DNA of 64,000 nucleotides from a virus. A model generated the notes under the pieces. It searched no databases. It saw only the letters and a program-made list of their open reading frames with translations, and was not told where the DNA came from. Where the stretch lies: the IMG/VR virus record IMGVR_UViG_3300030085_001980. One strand, 5' to 3'. The translations under genes were made by a program, and so were the position numbers. Positions 44,301 through 49,331 of this stretch are shown here, piece by piece (the stretch's first letter is position 1; every line of letters starts with the position of its first letter).

Positions 44301-45836
44301 TTGTGCGCCAATGGGATCAATAATTCTGCATCTAGGCGCAGAAGTGTAACCTCTACCACCAGAAATGATCGTAACGCCGTTAACTCTGCCCTGATCGTCT
44401 AAAGTTGTTACGGCAGAAGCGGAAATTGGGTTTACAGCGTCTTCAGTCGGAGGATCGATATAAACTGCAGGAGGAGTTGCATAATTAAGTCCTCTTTCAA
44501 TAACAGTGATGGAACCAGGTACAATAGATCCATCAGAGTCAATCTGAGAGTCGGAAATCTTTGCTCCGCCAGGATTTATGAATGAAATCGAAGGGATAGA
44601 GTCATATCCAGAACCAGAAGACTGTACGTTGATTGCAGTGACTTGACCACTCTCATCATCGACAGTTACAGTTGCTTTTGCAGGAATACCAGAGGGATCT
44701 GCAGGATTATCAAAGATAATGATAGGTGGGTTCACCGAAGTGTAACCCTGACCACCATCAATCAGAGTAATATCCTTAATACCATTGACAAGTGCCTCAG
44801 CAGTGGCATTTTCGCCAGTAGTATCTGCAGGAGTTAGGATTGTGGTCTTAGGAGTAAAATTAATGCGGTATCCACTACCACCATTTTTTACAATGATGTC
44901 TTTGAGTTGACCGTTCTCAATTTTACTAATTGCACTAGCTGCTTTACCAAATTCTGGAGCAATTAGTTCTACAGCACGTACTGACAGAACAGTACCAAGA
45001 GAAAGTGCTTGTTTGAGGATAATCTTATCCTCGTAGATGGTATAGTCACTAAATGGTGTTTTTACAACACCATCAACTGCTACCAAGCAAGAAATGGTAG
45101 ACAGGGGAATATAAGGTGCACCACCAAGGGTGAGAGAATATACTTTTTGATCTTGATTATCAACTGCAACAGTTAGGTGATCCAGTTTACGAACTGGCAC
45201 ACTGGTATAACCAATAAGGTACTCAATACGGGTAACAGCAGTAGAACCCTGAATAATTACTGGAGGAGTTTGGAAACGGATGTTAGATCCATCAAGGAAA
45301 TAGTCTACATCTGGTTCCAGTTGAATTCCATTGACAATAACGCGCAGATACTCGGCAGCAGAGGGCGTTACAGGAGTTCCGAGGAGTTTTAGAGGGAAAG
45401 ACGTACGACTTCCGTCAAACAACAACTTGATACTCTCAAGTTCTTGGATCTTCTTGTTAAATTCGGCAAGATTGACTCCAGGAGTGAAAACAACCTCTGG
45501 AGACTTGGAAATCTCTTCATAGTAGATGATTTCATTGTCAATCTTGATCGTACCGTCTCTTTCGAGGAAATAATCGATGTTTTCTACATCGATATTAATA
45601 TCGGAAGGTCCAACACGGTTCAGAACGATAGATTCCGACCCAATAAAGTTCGGATCGTACTCACCCGAACTAATATCGGTGTACGATAAGATGTTATTGA
45701 GAATATCGTAAGGTTTACCAGATTTCTCCTGAGATCTGTAGTATTCTACAATCAGATCAACAAAAGCTTGATCCTCTTCCTTGATAAAGGCAGGAATCTG
45801 GTCCTTTACTCTCTGGGATACCTTAATTGACTTCAT
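26391..45836 (-). CDS. gp7: Giant baseplate wedge initiator (6481 aa, multidomain)
   Basis: Follows gp6; IKDFYLSKGT, ELIKPSDATW, LQDSYFYQNFSYVVKS...HPVGF motifs; contains YHYH, LamG, propeller-like, helical repeats, cupredoxin-like and Ig-like segments. Confidence 0.85.
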   Translation of the reverse strand: MKSIKVSQRVKDQIPAFIKEEDQAFVDLIVEYYRSQEKSGKPYDILNNILSYTDISSGEYDPNFIGSESIVLNRVGPSDINIDVENIDYFLERDGTIKIDNEIIYYEEISKSPEVVFTPGVNLAEFNKKIQELESIKLLFDGSRTSFPLKLLGTPVTPSAAEYLRVIVNGIQLEPDVDYFLDGSNIRFQTPPVIIQGSTAVTRIEYLIGYTSVPVRKLDHLTVAVDNQDQKVYSLTLGGAPYIPLSTISCLVAVDGVVKTPFSDYTIYEDKIILKQALSLGTVLSVRAVELIAPEFGKAASAISKIENGQLKDIIVKNGGSGYRINFTPKTTILTPADTTGENATAEALVNGIKDITLIDGGQGYTSVNPPIIIFDNPADPSGIPAKATVTVDDESGQVTAINVQSSGSGYDSIPSISFINPGGAKISDSQIDSDGSIVPGSITVIERGLNYATPPAVYIDPPTEDAVNPISASAVTTLDDQGRVNGVTIISGGRGYTSAPRCRIIDPIGAQILDVSVTGGKLTDIELLTGGSGYTDAPSVYIVDNRKDLSGNPIGGTGATAVATIFNGEITDINITSFGDGYSESEPPTVFIAEPKAAAASCDVGFGEITGFTLHSHGENYKPSQFKNCKRGVSGVANYDIRGNQVFTQEVDSIQSSHEAGTVIENLDALFARTLYERFVNQFLPNAPIDYKKVNAPQIIKTIKDFYLSKGTKIATEYLFKILFSEDVDVSYPKDELIKPSDATWSVETILRVELISGDPRNIIDSQLFQYADAVDTNVRNATCLVENVIAINTGVGTIYELSISEETLEGKFTIPYKTTLVEPVNQTDSIITVDSTIGWPERNGLIILGDEEYVQYKEKSLNQFIECTRSKNGVVEDWDAGSEIQSDIFVYINRNLDTEVKMRILGIAEATGTVLNDTGSYYLPTDKLNVASLGSSSTDEKVTSWLYNVKKLIQVNEIQPGGLNNQTATVYTTNNHGLLVGDSVTIYGANPTIFNGTFAVTSRISDTIFSYQIAAPAPNAPQGNILMSVDLNKGKSDVESINASIEDYTTNVQNTFFNSDYAYIATTGIPNYKVGPFIGSALLPGNQRKLSRFPLNVETVSRREDINFGPIGAWVNGVAAWSYKSQTKVKFGGVTSIDIANAGTGYDAANKPLIEITGGEGSGASADVTVNGSLFSVDVTNGGTGYTTQPLVSIVGGGGFGATATAVITNGVVSKILVETPGEGYTSSPTVSISGGNGTGATATAEVRGPIQSIAITSSGSGYTSSPDIKLNSGEGAVAQPIIINGRIVSIAIIASGNGYTSPPRVVINGEGYGAVGKAIIGQFGEDAGKVLGVTVENRGVGYATGTTTIRLEAIGENAVFNANVFEWTKNLQTELDGLFDPSRGYVFAGFNTQYGGEYAHLSDPKQLRYVLGDNVFRDPATGNLRELETGLRHSPIIGWAYDGNPIYGPYGYIDAADQSSGIKRVVSSYRIKPVLLYDQDTNPNPVRADGPLLTAEPAGSFIEDYEYVFQQGDLDQYNGRYCKTPEYPEGVYAYFVAIDASEAGLPVFPYVCGPQLYSTPDKWNYSQDAVQTNIPGDVVRFRDPYQDVDIDIDRQPNADTDTLVTEFGDTFIFEIEDSNRDGVIQQTEIDAMIEISEEPVLQLFDYYPRVSTRSQVDIEIDTTTKFEDAQISGFVVENAGRSYKVNDKLYFDDEGTGGYGASAKVNSVKGIDITGYTSSIIDDLPYGRITTVDEHDLRAGDEIIVDSIPIIDQTNKTYRVKVVSGVERVTVSQEGLGYSEDIPPTYQVVSGSGQDFALSITREESGAVKKVNIINSGSGYDENEAPEIRVSHPQRFKKAQYALSVLKENSSGENRVCKIVDVAIADDRTFYVVGHADDVSGDSGGLIAKFNSDGRLLWTRTMLPLAPATGDKKCIFNRIYIENSTPHNIYVVGETIPNSTNLTHNPDLVVAKYRSGFDGLNNPTAVPVWQREIAGISGATRRDYISSVTIDEDGQIYVGGTTDTNSPSPDDMWIGLLNLDGSVKEKRKICSASGTEKLTDLHYIGNDKTVFVGESDPAGVGNIIIGETYYDTATIEVQWSRQFGNAAYRFTNPKMTQDDYGSRYVTATATNVSSGNRVGILYMKFSPDDLKTPSVAKIIAPTGATFDDIHSTGCKFDIFGNIDVGAYVKYSYNDHRAVIFKVSWNTNNVLTAAYVKQDQGIGFKPTSITNDNSGDTIIVGNKIETNEIAILDFETTDSADSTYNNDLTVTWGTAPTLDASKFKYGAQSASTTAAANTVLLDYGSADVATDWTCEAWMAIGTTQYNAQASKPLLFQVIPNTGTNATLSVDGDSTSPNFGKLVLELGANTYYSASTAMWTAFNNQGFVHVAFVKSSPSVGNYVYKVYVAGNEEISITSTTVDTNLEKVRMLGVASPVVTTSLGGWVDNVSISQVVKYDDTFTPGQATGSNKEVSAFTFKLDREQTKTGTYALNTVEQGMSVIVASTINDFTYQSQVLTAADWELGPAGIQILDYGDVVSNNVEGIFSFSSVEQTYETRTATVPTPLGKKLLLDTKVIPKFYLRDALYTSIDAVKTVTFNQPATFTKGSILQQYQTIGGQDVVNAYGTIVEVGTNSVKIGKIIGNFDTQKKLKSTANDENTIAQVFTVETTIPQWGDNNPYTTGDEVYNDGKIYTASSTGTSGVTAPTHNVGTVSDGSVNWVFTRIAGSFDVDINNTAYAGGILAQYATWKEFSPTDYIIKIDEIYADSVYIKGDTIDAAAVGLVLTFDATHKIATFAGLVGVKKFTLTSNLDKDVIPSGALSYTDLVYCASSSKNNFEVNEIIFVEGFSTNEYAGSFFVQEIFNSREFTYKLRSVAVQDPAFLQNTIGSVNIYAKHPKLLFVRGHQYIFDLDDVSNLGYFMSFSKDNQYKLEYPFVNIVREGIPGLTDQTSPKPLVKFIVNEDVTNISYYFDPSRTSPDNSPVSDDSFIDVIQTPYKGTYTINEILSDTQFNFELSSEPEKSTAPLGQTETGLTRASYSTTSTKAIGPISDIKLVNPGGFYQKLPIVTDIASNREIEKIRITSGGTEYVNGIYYNVPIEGDGEGALCNITVADDGELLGTITNVVLTSAGKGYKTASIDVDAIPGILGPLLAGSGAALEVVIPDEGSGAAVFLQGKSIGKIKKLKNNEFGFGYSHDYTLRPEITFPVNLQLFNTAILSEIKITDPGSGYTSVPRVVIEGGGGTGAEAEAIVKNNRLSEVIIKNPGSGYSSEPTVTLKSEFNYVVNLDLGYLQFNFPHGITTGAAVQLRAEDLGSTVGILPKPSSAGLVSLNANTTYYAIAGSANSLEPDQLRIALTQVDAESGNFITFLTQGEGRQILLTEVFGGVAEAIVETSRFLKGELVYQGNSIETATATGYVSNNEGWQIGPRILKLENYDGTWTPGERVTGQVSRASGLIDNLSIARGTLNIDSMTTTTGQFIDDVGKPSEIVQKLQDSYFYQNFSYVVKSQTPINDWRTSLLETNHPVGFNMFGELSLSGGKDISGRKVISDLVKEVNIFSSTDINKITSFANAQPIYTEFNNTEVLFRQKRLTNSEEILTSIVKKLDNIDSDFNGIKTQFPLTVEGESVTATDDQMLILINGVAQAPGTSFTTAGPSIVFDEPPRAPSRIKFRTVTYTQMAITRYTFSTTAGIFPPAGKIVRSLQNEGTATVIDSGTDYIDVVNIEGTFAINDNVLSSATGFDGVLSAVTNLTSKTIFEQGETIKNLAGNFAVIEENNLNNGVISNELLVSRTSGTAAYETGDFALKFNDIIYSARSNIAATVSAIAPYQDSVSQQIIDTVDLSPPSTFFGLVFQRVPSITYPNVILDNISETVINPTELYDGETANNQDFLDFEEVRNQEIRYNYLAGSQFAAGDYIRNKKIYFNNSSLRGVDDQRSYDAANLIRKNARFIAEEAVGIMKDFYPAFVVQSVGGDRDCEDDIVDILNVVAYQLEYDGNSEVWDAAATYVQGNSVYHLDGALNQTVYAFNQARDLAIKAIRNIAHTPLWTTRTQYIDNQITQEFAVVDNSHADARTLILANKWFIAHEALHHAKTVNPSLTVPGGDNNCLSDIVDMLEAMTYNLAHGGNNFVYDATRKYMVGAHVAGYEDDTVTAFNKARDLAIEVMRNNAIVKQGAHDWVQVTDNTITADTTSPVCIAVASSITTLMGIATGALGTTASPGTLANFEATYTRTVPTTALDGYANGCVNQVSAITNFMKIITDTLQDPTAANPATYQWAIGNVPRIEPAYAFQDGETLRCTKHAYKDKSSGGFFAFGDVITAITSGATYDVIGSNAGNKWIYSKDITGTLQANEYITNSKLTRSNVTQDALTYASGNASLKFSGTSSYVSYPTSDRVTFGTGDYTLELWIRPTSLTGTQTLFDFRSSGSDSQLTLILQNDSVRLAIAGADVIIGTSALNQGANTWYHIALTRATNVTKLFVGGQQVGSDYTDANDYSVDKVIKVGAAWNNASPFGGWMENVIIRKGIATYSSTFTPPTVFVDDDNTSFALDGEAPFAMETDAIYATYVTHTISSATADEVELWRSELTTEGVDLGRQAFRDCAEVIRKNINWIAEEAVGRLRNRYPDFVIPGDGGMSYAGENVCLRDTKSYILPAIIDDLIQGGNYNTTVVGRAYIEGSGALQHIGGEQLQSIYTWREVAKLCVDVITLDETDLSGAYSTGVRVPNYFAAPAAQNIQDFITNTVDDLLDIIGPTGHRFRDGADAIYFNRAFIADEAVSYIEDKYNILVGFSTVSKLQIPNRNKCVRDLRDHILPAIGGDLVTGGNFETQAMIDKYLDNQTNINYVDTELLAMLDSIEYAKMLSEKAVQGLLIGRNENPNDVAADTTDYYQAQWTDEVVYRDHTVTIDPKAYTGTDRDLDSGDIILRNARNIAAEAVDLTTKTSAFKHNGFRVPGGKVNCEDDIVDILESVVHDIRFGGNSETYDAAALYLNEDLALSHVQQQSGETMYAFKMARDMAILAIQNRLGFVPYEDTTQSGLGQAAPRDTYYENATQDIFYDAANLIESNWTFIATTAMGRGLAQYPSLVVPGGNQNCIDDIKDILRDLIFNLKHGGNNKIWYATEFYISNSNAIAHVTSAATETKYIFEQARDIAIEVMRQQSVTTNSSTLGTQVTDSTITVDSNSPACAAVASSITTLMSIPIGLFTASNYQTYLDGITRTLPLEWPMTGDRGVERDISITYDQAGNGNCAVQAASITTLFDILIDTIDTAAQGNGSHLAGITRTLPVTTNTEYKGGTCYNVTSASNVLFDVLIAGLGSGPEQYKQTARILMYNDQYIRYEAFEQTMTQYPGYGGDIAFADEILNAIVYDFITDGNAKVLQLVNGWFDSEGQFVAFPTLFRTRVLFHAQRIRIHMENIIRQDAPNPGTYSNQPTYTDRELRATEYSVHKLNQLFHLIFVALERSTFPTLYLKQTFDAGVAVNTSGNYISAAGHPFEAYDRVKYTSLGTAIAELDREVYWIHPNTTSNRIYLAEYIDGEVRELTAGTPSQIHTLEVERDAGVDRVPITYGIREIPTPVNSGMDLADVIYGATTGAYAEIVRVEDNLAEIMYQVKYLALNNFSAATVGGLSFQNGETVVVQGATSNTGTILATDNATYIKLLAPQGTFTAGNTLEGVTTGATADYVTEHDRILVNFRQGKFIATDKIFSVNTSSKATALIVRNNNGALLDNQAGRITFDIETVTGEFKPQDVIYGSVTDQIIEIESFQTLPNFGEYVHGRDITRITYGQLITDTGVVDTFEVGDTIQILNGGIQVGWTATVTELDTNNNYVYLCNITGAPEGVTINDIASNSTYTLAKIPPGSLFPSVYTQAGAVTITATSAYGKIAKITQFGTRAVLALEGTQGTFQKNAQIIGDKGFRGACSNARYLRGRVRRYFRGFDGVQTNFKLTQDNGTSYFPDPAGHMMIFVNGILQPPGADYSFTAFSDNIQFTEAPAVGSTFHGVYMGKLRQLDDISFDFDSLRNSFNLKLNGVFYSLTLTDGVQSNTILPENNIICQLNGVIQEPGIGFEIVGSRIIFSEIPRAGSTFVAFSYIGSDVDVIAATVVPPIEAGDNLIIEGEEETRTVALIESSNSLITFEYSGAVQGRGAQALAEIESGRITESILTSSGDGYDSRPQVDVVSSSGFGGRVKALVGVARIDVANSGQGYVLPKITANTTVADDFLGPTGPALNGGIDIYDPNFIPETGGTGTIENFISITQQPLSLTVNQGQTAAFTVSAGVTISNVVPYTVTVDNKSVNHPYYNDGSSKGYYVIGGQFSQNTESPQFSFVRGATYRFNQNEASNSTHQIYFSETETAYGGTDRYETGVVYKLNNVAVADYAAYAAGFNEASQRSVEITVADDAPATLYYVCGNHSKMGNAINVNNGSLSYQWQKKDYGTNTWTNIAGATSATYITNAATQGDDRDEFRCGITSAGAVPILSQAAVLNVNIGATVIDNFTPTQIFDDN

Positions 45837-45857
45837 TCTGCGTTTTCTGCCGTCTAA

Positions 45858-47954
45858 TTAGAAGCAAGCGTCGAATTCTGGGAACTCAAACACTGTCGTC
45901 GGATAATCAATGATATTTATCGAGGTTCCGTCGAAGTTAATTGGCGTAAAGTCGAACGGATCGAAGTTCGGAACTACTGTTCCGTCAATGGTGTAGTCAA
46001 TCGTGATGACTTGTGGGTTAAAGATCGTAGGATCAACACCTGTACCGATATTTACGTTTCCAGACGCAATCAAAGCAGTAATCGGAATACGATTTGTGCC
46101 ATCAGGCGTAGTTTGGACGTTAATAGGTCCAAGACAAACTTCGCCACTCTTATAGTTGACTGTTCCAACACCTTTTTTGAGGATAACCTCTTTCTCATCA
46201 AGTTTTGAGACCATAATCAGTTCACCCTTACCGTCATCACGTACATTTACAGGCAAAAGTGCCGATGTATCGTTATCGATGAACGTACTGGTGCTCAGAA
46301 CTGAGTTTGTAGTCAACTGTTGTGACTGAACTGCCAGTTCGAGAAGATTTTCGGTGTATCCAGTCGAATAGAACGTACCTGACTTAACAGAAGAGAACTT
46401 AGGATCGCAAGTTCCGCCCCCACCAGCGCCAGTACCAGTTGTACCACCAGAAATGTCACTAGGATTGACAATTTCGTTGTTAAAATCGACACATTGGGTA
46501 AACGTACTGCCAAATGGGAACCCTTCGACGTTCAAACCGAGGGTCATTGAGGTCTGATTACCAACAATCGCGTTATTTGAGTTATCTACCATCGACTGGA
46601 AGGCAGATGTGTCGATTCTGCCGTTAAATCTGTTGGAAGAACCCTGATTATTGTATTGATCGATAGCAGACAACACAGTTGTCGCCATTTCATTGTTGGA
46701 AAGGTTGGTTCTAGTGCCATCGAAGAAGACGTACGACTTCGGACGGATGTATAGAGTGGTAGGATCGATGATGACTGGTTCGATTGCCGCCATCGAATAC
46801 TTCAGAAGGTCATTCTTGATACGCTTCTTAGTTGTTTCGTTCAGTGCTGCACCACTTTTGGTTTTGACAGCAACAAATACCTTGCCATAGATCGGGGGAG
46901 CAAGTCTTTCACCACCATAGGCAGTAACAGACTTTGCCATCGGATATACCATCTTGGTGATATACTCATAGTCCGACTCAGTAACCGCTCTATTCTGCGC
47001 TGAGAATGCCCTAGGAGCGTTATATTTAATGCTAACGATGTCTTCCCCTACCTCACCGTCTTGAGAGGCGTCTACGGTCGTTACAGAGATGTTAGAGGAG
47101 GGTATGATGCGACCAGTGTTATCAACGGCGCGACCAATGAAAGTAAACTTTTTACATCCATTAGCAAGGGGACCATCTGTACGTACATACTTGAATCTGA
47201 TGATCTCACCAGCAATCAATTCTCTACCGATGATACCATCACCAAAGATGACTTTATATCTCAGGTCATCAGTCTCTTCTAGAAAATAACCACGAGTAGT
47301 ACCATCAACTCCAACAATATCAGTAATCCTATTGTACGTGTCGATCTCCTCTGATTGAGCATTAGGAGAAATACTAACGTAAAGCAGATCTGTATCAACA
47401 TTATCAACGGGAATATCATAACCACGCTTCTTGACATCCTCAACGGTGTACTTGTACGTTAACAAGTTGCCTTGATAAACGACAGTTTTATTAAATTCTG
47501 CAATGCCAGTAGTCTGATCTACAGCAACCGTCAGATCTTGAGGCAGAGTGAACAGATAAGATTCACCATCCACGGAAGATACGAAAGTATCACCCTGTGG
47601 CAAGGTTACTGTTGAGGGGAAAGTTGTGCTACTACCAACATATTGCGTCTGTACAGCGAAATGCAAACACGCTTTTGACGCTTTGATGGATCTTGGTGTA
47701 TAATTAAGTTGCTTCGCAATCTTAACAACGTTGTCTCTAATCGTTGCAGATTCAAGGAACGCCTCATTCATCGCCATATTAGCGTTGAACGCAGCATAGT
47801 AAGTGTTATATGCCAGTACGTCTAACAAATACGACGCAGCAGAACCCTCAAAGTCGTAATCAGTAAACTCAGTTCTAGTTCTCAGATACGATCTGATAGA
47901 TTCTTTGATCTCTGTAAAGTCCAGAGATGTTAAATTTGAAGGGATTGCTGCCAT
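45858..47954 (-). CDS. gp6: Baseplate wedge subunit
   Basis: LDFTEIK, DYDFEGS...LLDVLAYNTYY, QNRAVT..DY, YGKVFVAVK. Confidence 0.93.
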   Translation of the reverse strand: MAAIPSNLTSLDFTEIKESIRSYLRTRTEFTDYDFEGSAASYLLDVLAYNTYYAAFNANMAMNEAFLESATIRDNVVKIAKQLNYTPRSIKASKACLHFAVQTQYVGSSTTFPSTVTLPQGDTFVSSVDGESYLFTLPQDLTVAVDQTTGIAEFNKTVVYQGNLLTYKYTVEDVKKRGYDIPVDNVDTDLLYVSISPNAQSEEIDTYNRITDIVGVDGTTRGYFLEETDDLRYKVIFGDGIIGRELIAGEIIRFKYVRTDGPLANGCKKFTFIGRAVDNTGRIIPSSNISVTTVDASQDGEVGEDIVSIKYNAPRAFSAQNRAVTESDYEYITKMVYPMAKSVTAYGGERLAPPIYGKVFVAVKTKSGAALNETTKKRIKNDLLKYSMAAIEPVIIDPTTLYIRPKSYVFFDGTRTNLSNNEMATTVLSAIDQYNNQGSSNRFNGRIDTSAFQSMVDNSNNAIVGNQTSMTLGLNVEGFPFGSTFTQCVDFNNEIVNPSDISGGTTGTGAGGGGTCDPKFSSVKSGTFYSTGYTENLLELAVQSQQLTTNSVLSTSTFIDNDTSALLPVNVRDDGKGELIMVSKLDEKEVILKKGVGTVNYKSGEVCLGPINVQTTPDGTNRIPITALIASGNVNIGTGVDPTIFNPQVITIDYTIDGTVVPNFDPFDFTPINFDGTSINIIDYPTTVFEFPEFDACF

Positions 47955-47957
47955 CTG

Positions 47958-48368
47958 TTAGGTTCTCTCTAGGAGGAAATCAACTGTTTGTACTAAAGTC
48001 TCACCAACAATAGTGTAGTCTACCTCTATATCTAGGGTATTATCATCATCTCCAGGATTGATACGTACCTCATTCAGTACGACTCTGGGTTCAAATCTTG
48101 CTACTACGTTCTTGATCTCTTCTTTTAGATCTTCTCCCAAAAAGACATCATAGGGTTCAAATAGCATTTCTCTCAAACGAGACCCTGTGTTGGGTTGAAA
48201 GGGTCTCTCGTACATACCTGTGGATATTAAGTTGCGGATAGACTGCTTAATAGCGTTCTCATTCTTTACAACAGAAAAATCTTCAGTATTAGGATTCGCC
48301 TTGAATCCAATACTGAAGTCCTTAAATGCTCTGCTGAGCGTTCTATCTGCTCTAAATTTGTATGCCAT
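47958..48368 (-). CDS. gp25: Baseplate wedge / sheath initiation protein
   Basis: AIKQSIRNLI.T..YERPFQP..GS.L...LFEP, FEPRV. Confidence 0.93.
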   Translation of the reverse strand: MAYKFRADRTLSRAFKDFSIGFKANPNTEDFSVVKNENAIKQSIRNLISTGMYERPFQPNTGSRLREMLFEPYDVFLGEDLKEEIKNVVARFEPRVVLNEVRINPGDDDNTLDIEVDYTIVGETLVQTVDFLLERT

Positions 48369-48556
48369 TAAGTGTCAAAGCGTTCGACGTAATCATCGAA
48401 ACCACCTTCACCACCACATTGTCTAGATAAACGATCCGTAGGGGGATCGTTGGGTTTGTTTCGGTTCAAGTATTTATCAGCGCGGGGGTCGGTTATTAGA
48501 ACCATCCCACTTTTAATGAAATCTTGACTTTGATCAGGGATAGGACTGTTTGCCAT
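48368..48556 (-). CDS. Hypothetical protein
   Basis: ORF abutting gp25; late-like GATAAATA at 48610-48617. Confidence 0.65.
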   Translation of the reverse strand: MANSPIPDQSQDFIKSGMVLITDPRADKYLNRNKPNDPPTDRLSRQCGGEGGFDDYVERFDT

Positions 48557-48612
48557 TGTGCTCTGTAGATGAGGACAGAACTTTTATAGCGGTTACTATC
48601 GCTGTTTAGTAT

Positions 48613-48762
48613 TTATCGCTTACCCTGACCCCTGTAACGCTTGCGTGCCTTATTACGGGAACTTGAAGCGTACTTGGTGTGCTGACCGTTACCTTGACGA
48701 GTTTTCTTGGGAACCGATTCAATCAGCTTCTGACCAGAGAGACCAACTTTTGCGCGTGCCAT
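48613..48762 (-). CDS. 49-aa basic protein (not in ORF track)
   Basis: MARAKVGLSGQKLIESVPKKTRQGNGQHTKYASSSRNKARKRYRGQGKR. Confidence 0.75.
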   Translation of the reverse strand: MARAKVGLSGQKLIESVPKKTRQGNGQHTKYASSSRNKARKRYRGQGKR

Positions 48763-48797
48763 AGAATTGTGTGTAGGACTCGCAAATTATAGCACGA

Positions 48798-49331
48798 TTA
48801 TCCAGCGAGGACAGTAGGAGAACCATATGCAACCACTGACTTACAGGGCCAAGAAACGAATGGTTTACCAATGCCAAGAGGGTCTAGCATTCTACCAATA
48901 GGTCTCTTCAGAGCGTACACTGTAAACGTTGTTGCCTCACACATACGGAAGTGACCAACACCACCCATATCTTCCACTGTGAGCATACCGCAAGTAGTGG
49001 GTGTTGGGATAATACACATTGCCTTACCACAAGGGCACAGGTAATTAATGATGTTTGCCGTGGTTGATGTATGTGGTGTAAACGTGTCACCAAACAACAT
49101 AACGGGCAAACCGTTGACTAGCACAGTTGCTCTAAGAGGATTGACCGCTTCAAGTGGAATTAGCGGTTGAGGTGCCCACCAACAAGTAAGGTCCTTAACA
49201 ACGATGCCAAAGGGGATAGGAGGCGTGCCACAGGGTTGTTGATTGTGGATAGATGCGGGTACGGGTAGTCCGTGTCCAGAACAAGGAAGACCGTTAAGAG
49301 ACGCAACTGGTTTTAGAATTCCTAATGCCAT
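48798..49331 (-). CDS. PAAR-like spike tip protein (gp5.4-like)
   Basis: CSGHG, TVLVNGLPV...GD.FTPH, RPIGR..D, VAYGSPTVLAG. Confidence 0.8.
   Translation of the reverse strand: MALGILKPVASLNGLPCSGHGLPVPASIHNQQPCGTPPIPFGIVVKDLTCWWAPQPLIPLEAVNPLRATVLVNGLPVMLFGDTFTPHTSTTANIINYLCPCGKAMCIIPTPTTCGMLTVEDMGGVGHFRMCEATTFTVYALKRPIGRMLDPLGIGKPFVSWPCKSVVAYGSPTVLAG

Noticed and set aside
26391-45836. Intein, intron or fusion artefact explaining the size of gp7
   Set aside because: Continuous ORF; no intein splice motifs or LAGLIDADG noticed; multi-thousand-residue gp7 proteins are known in cyanomyoviruses
6192-46890. Many plus-strand ORFs of 60-350 aa within the structural genes (e.g. 6192-7208, 23699-24751, 30798-31778)
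   Set aside because: Shadow ORFs from codon bias in long minus-strand genes; Ser/Thr/Val-rich and motif-free
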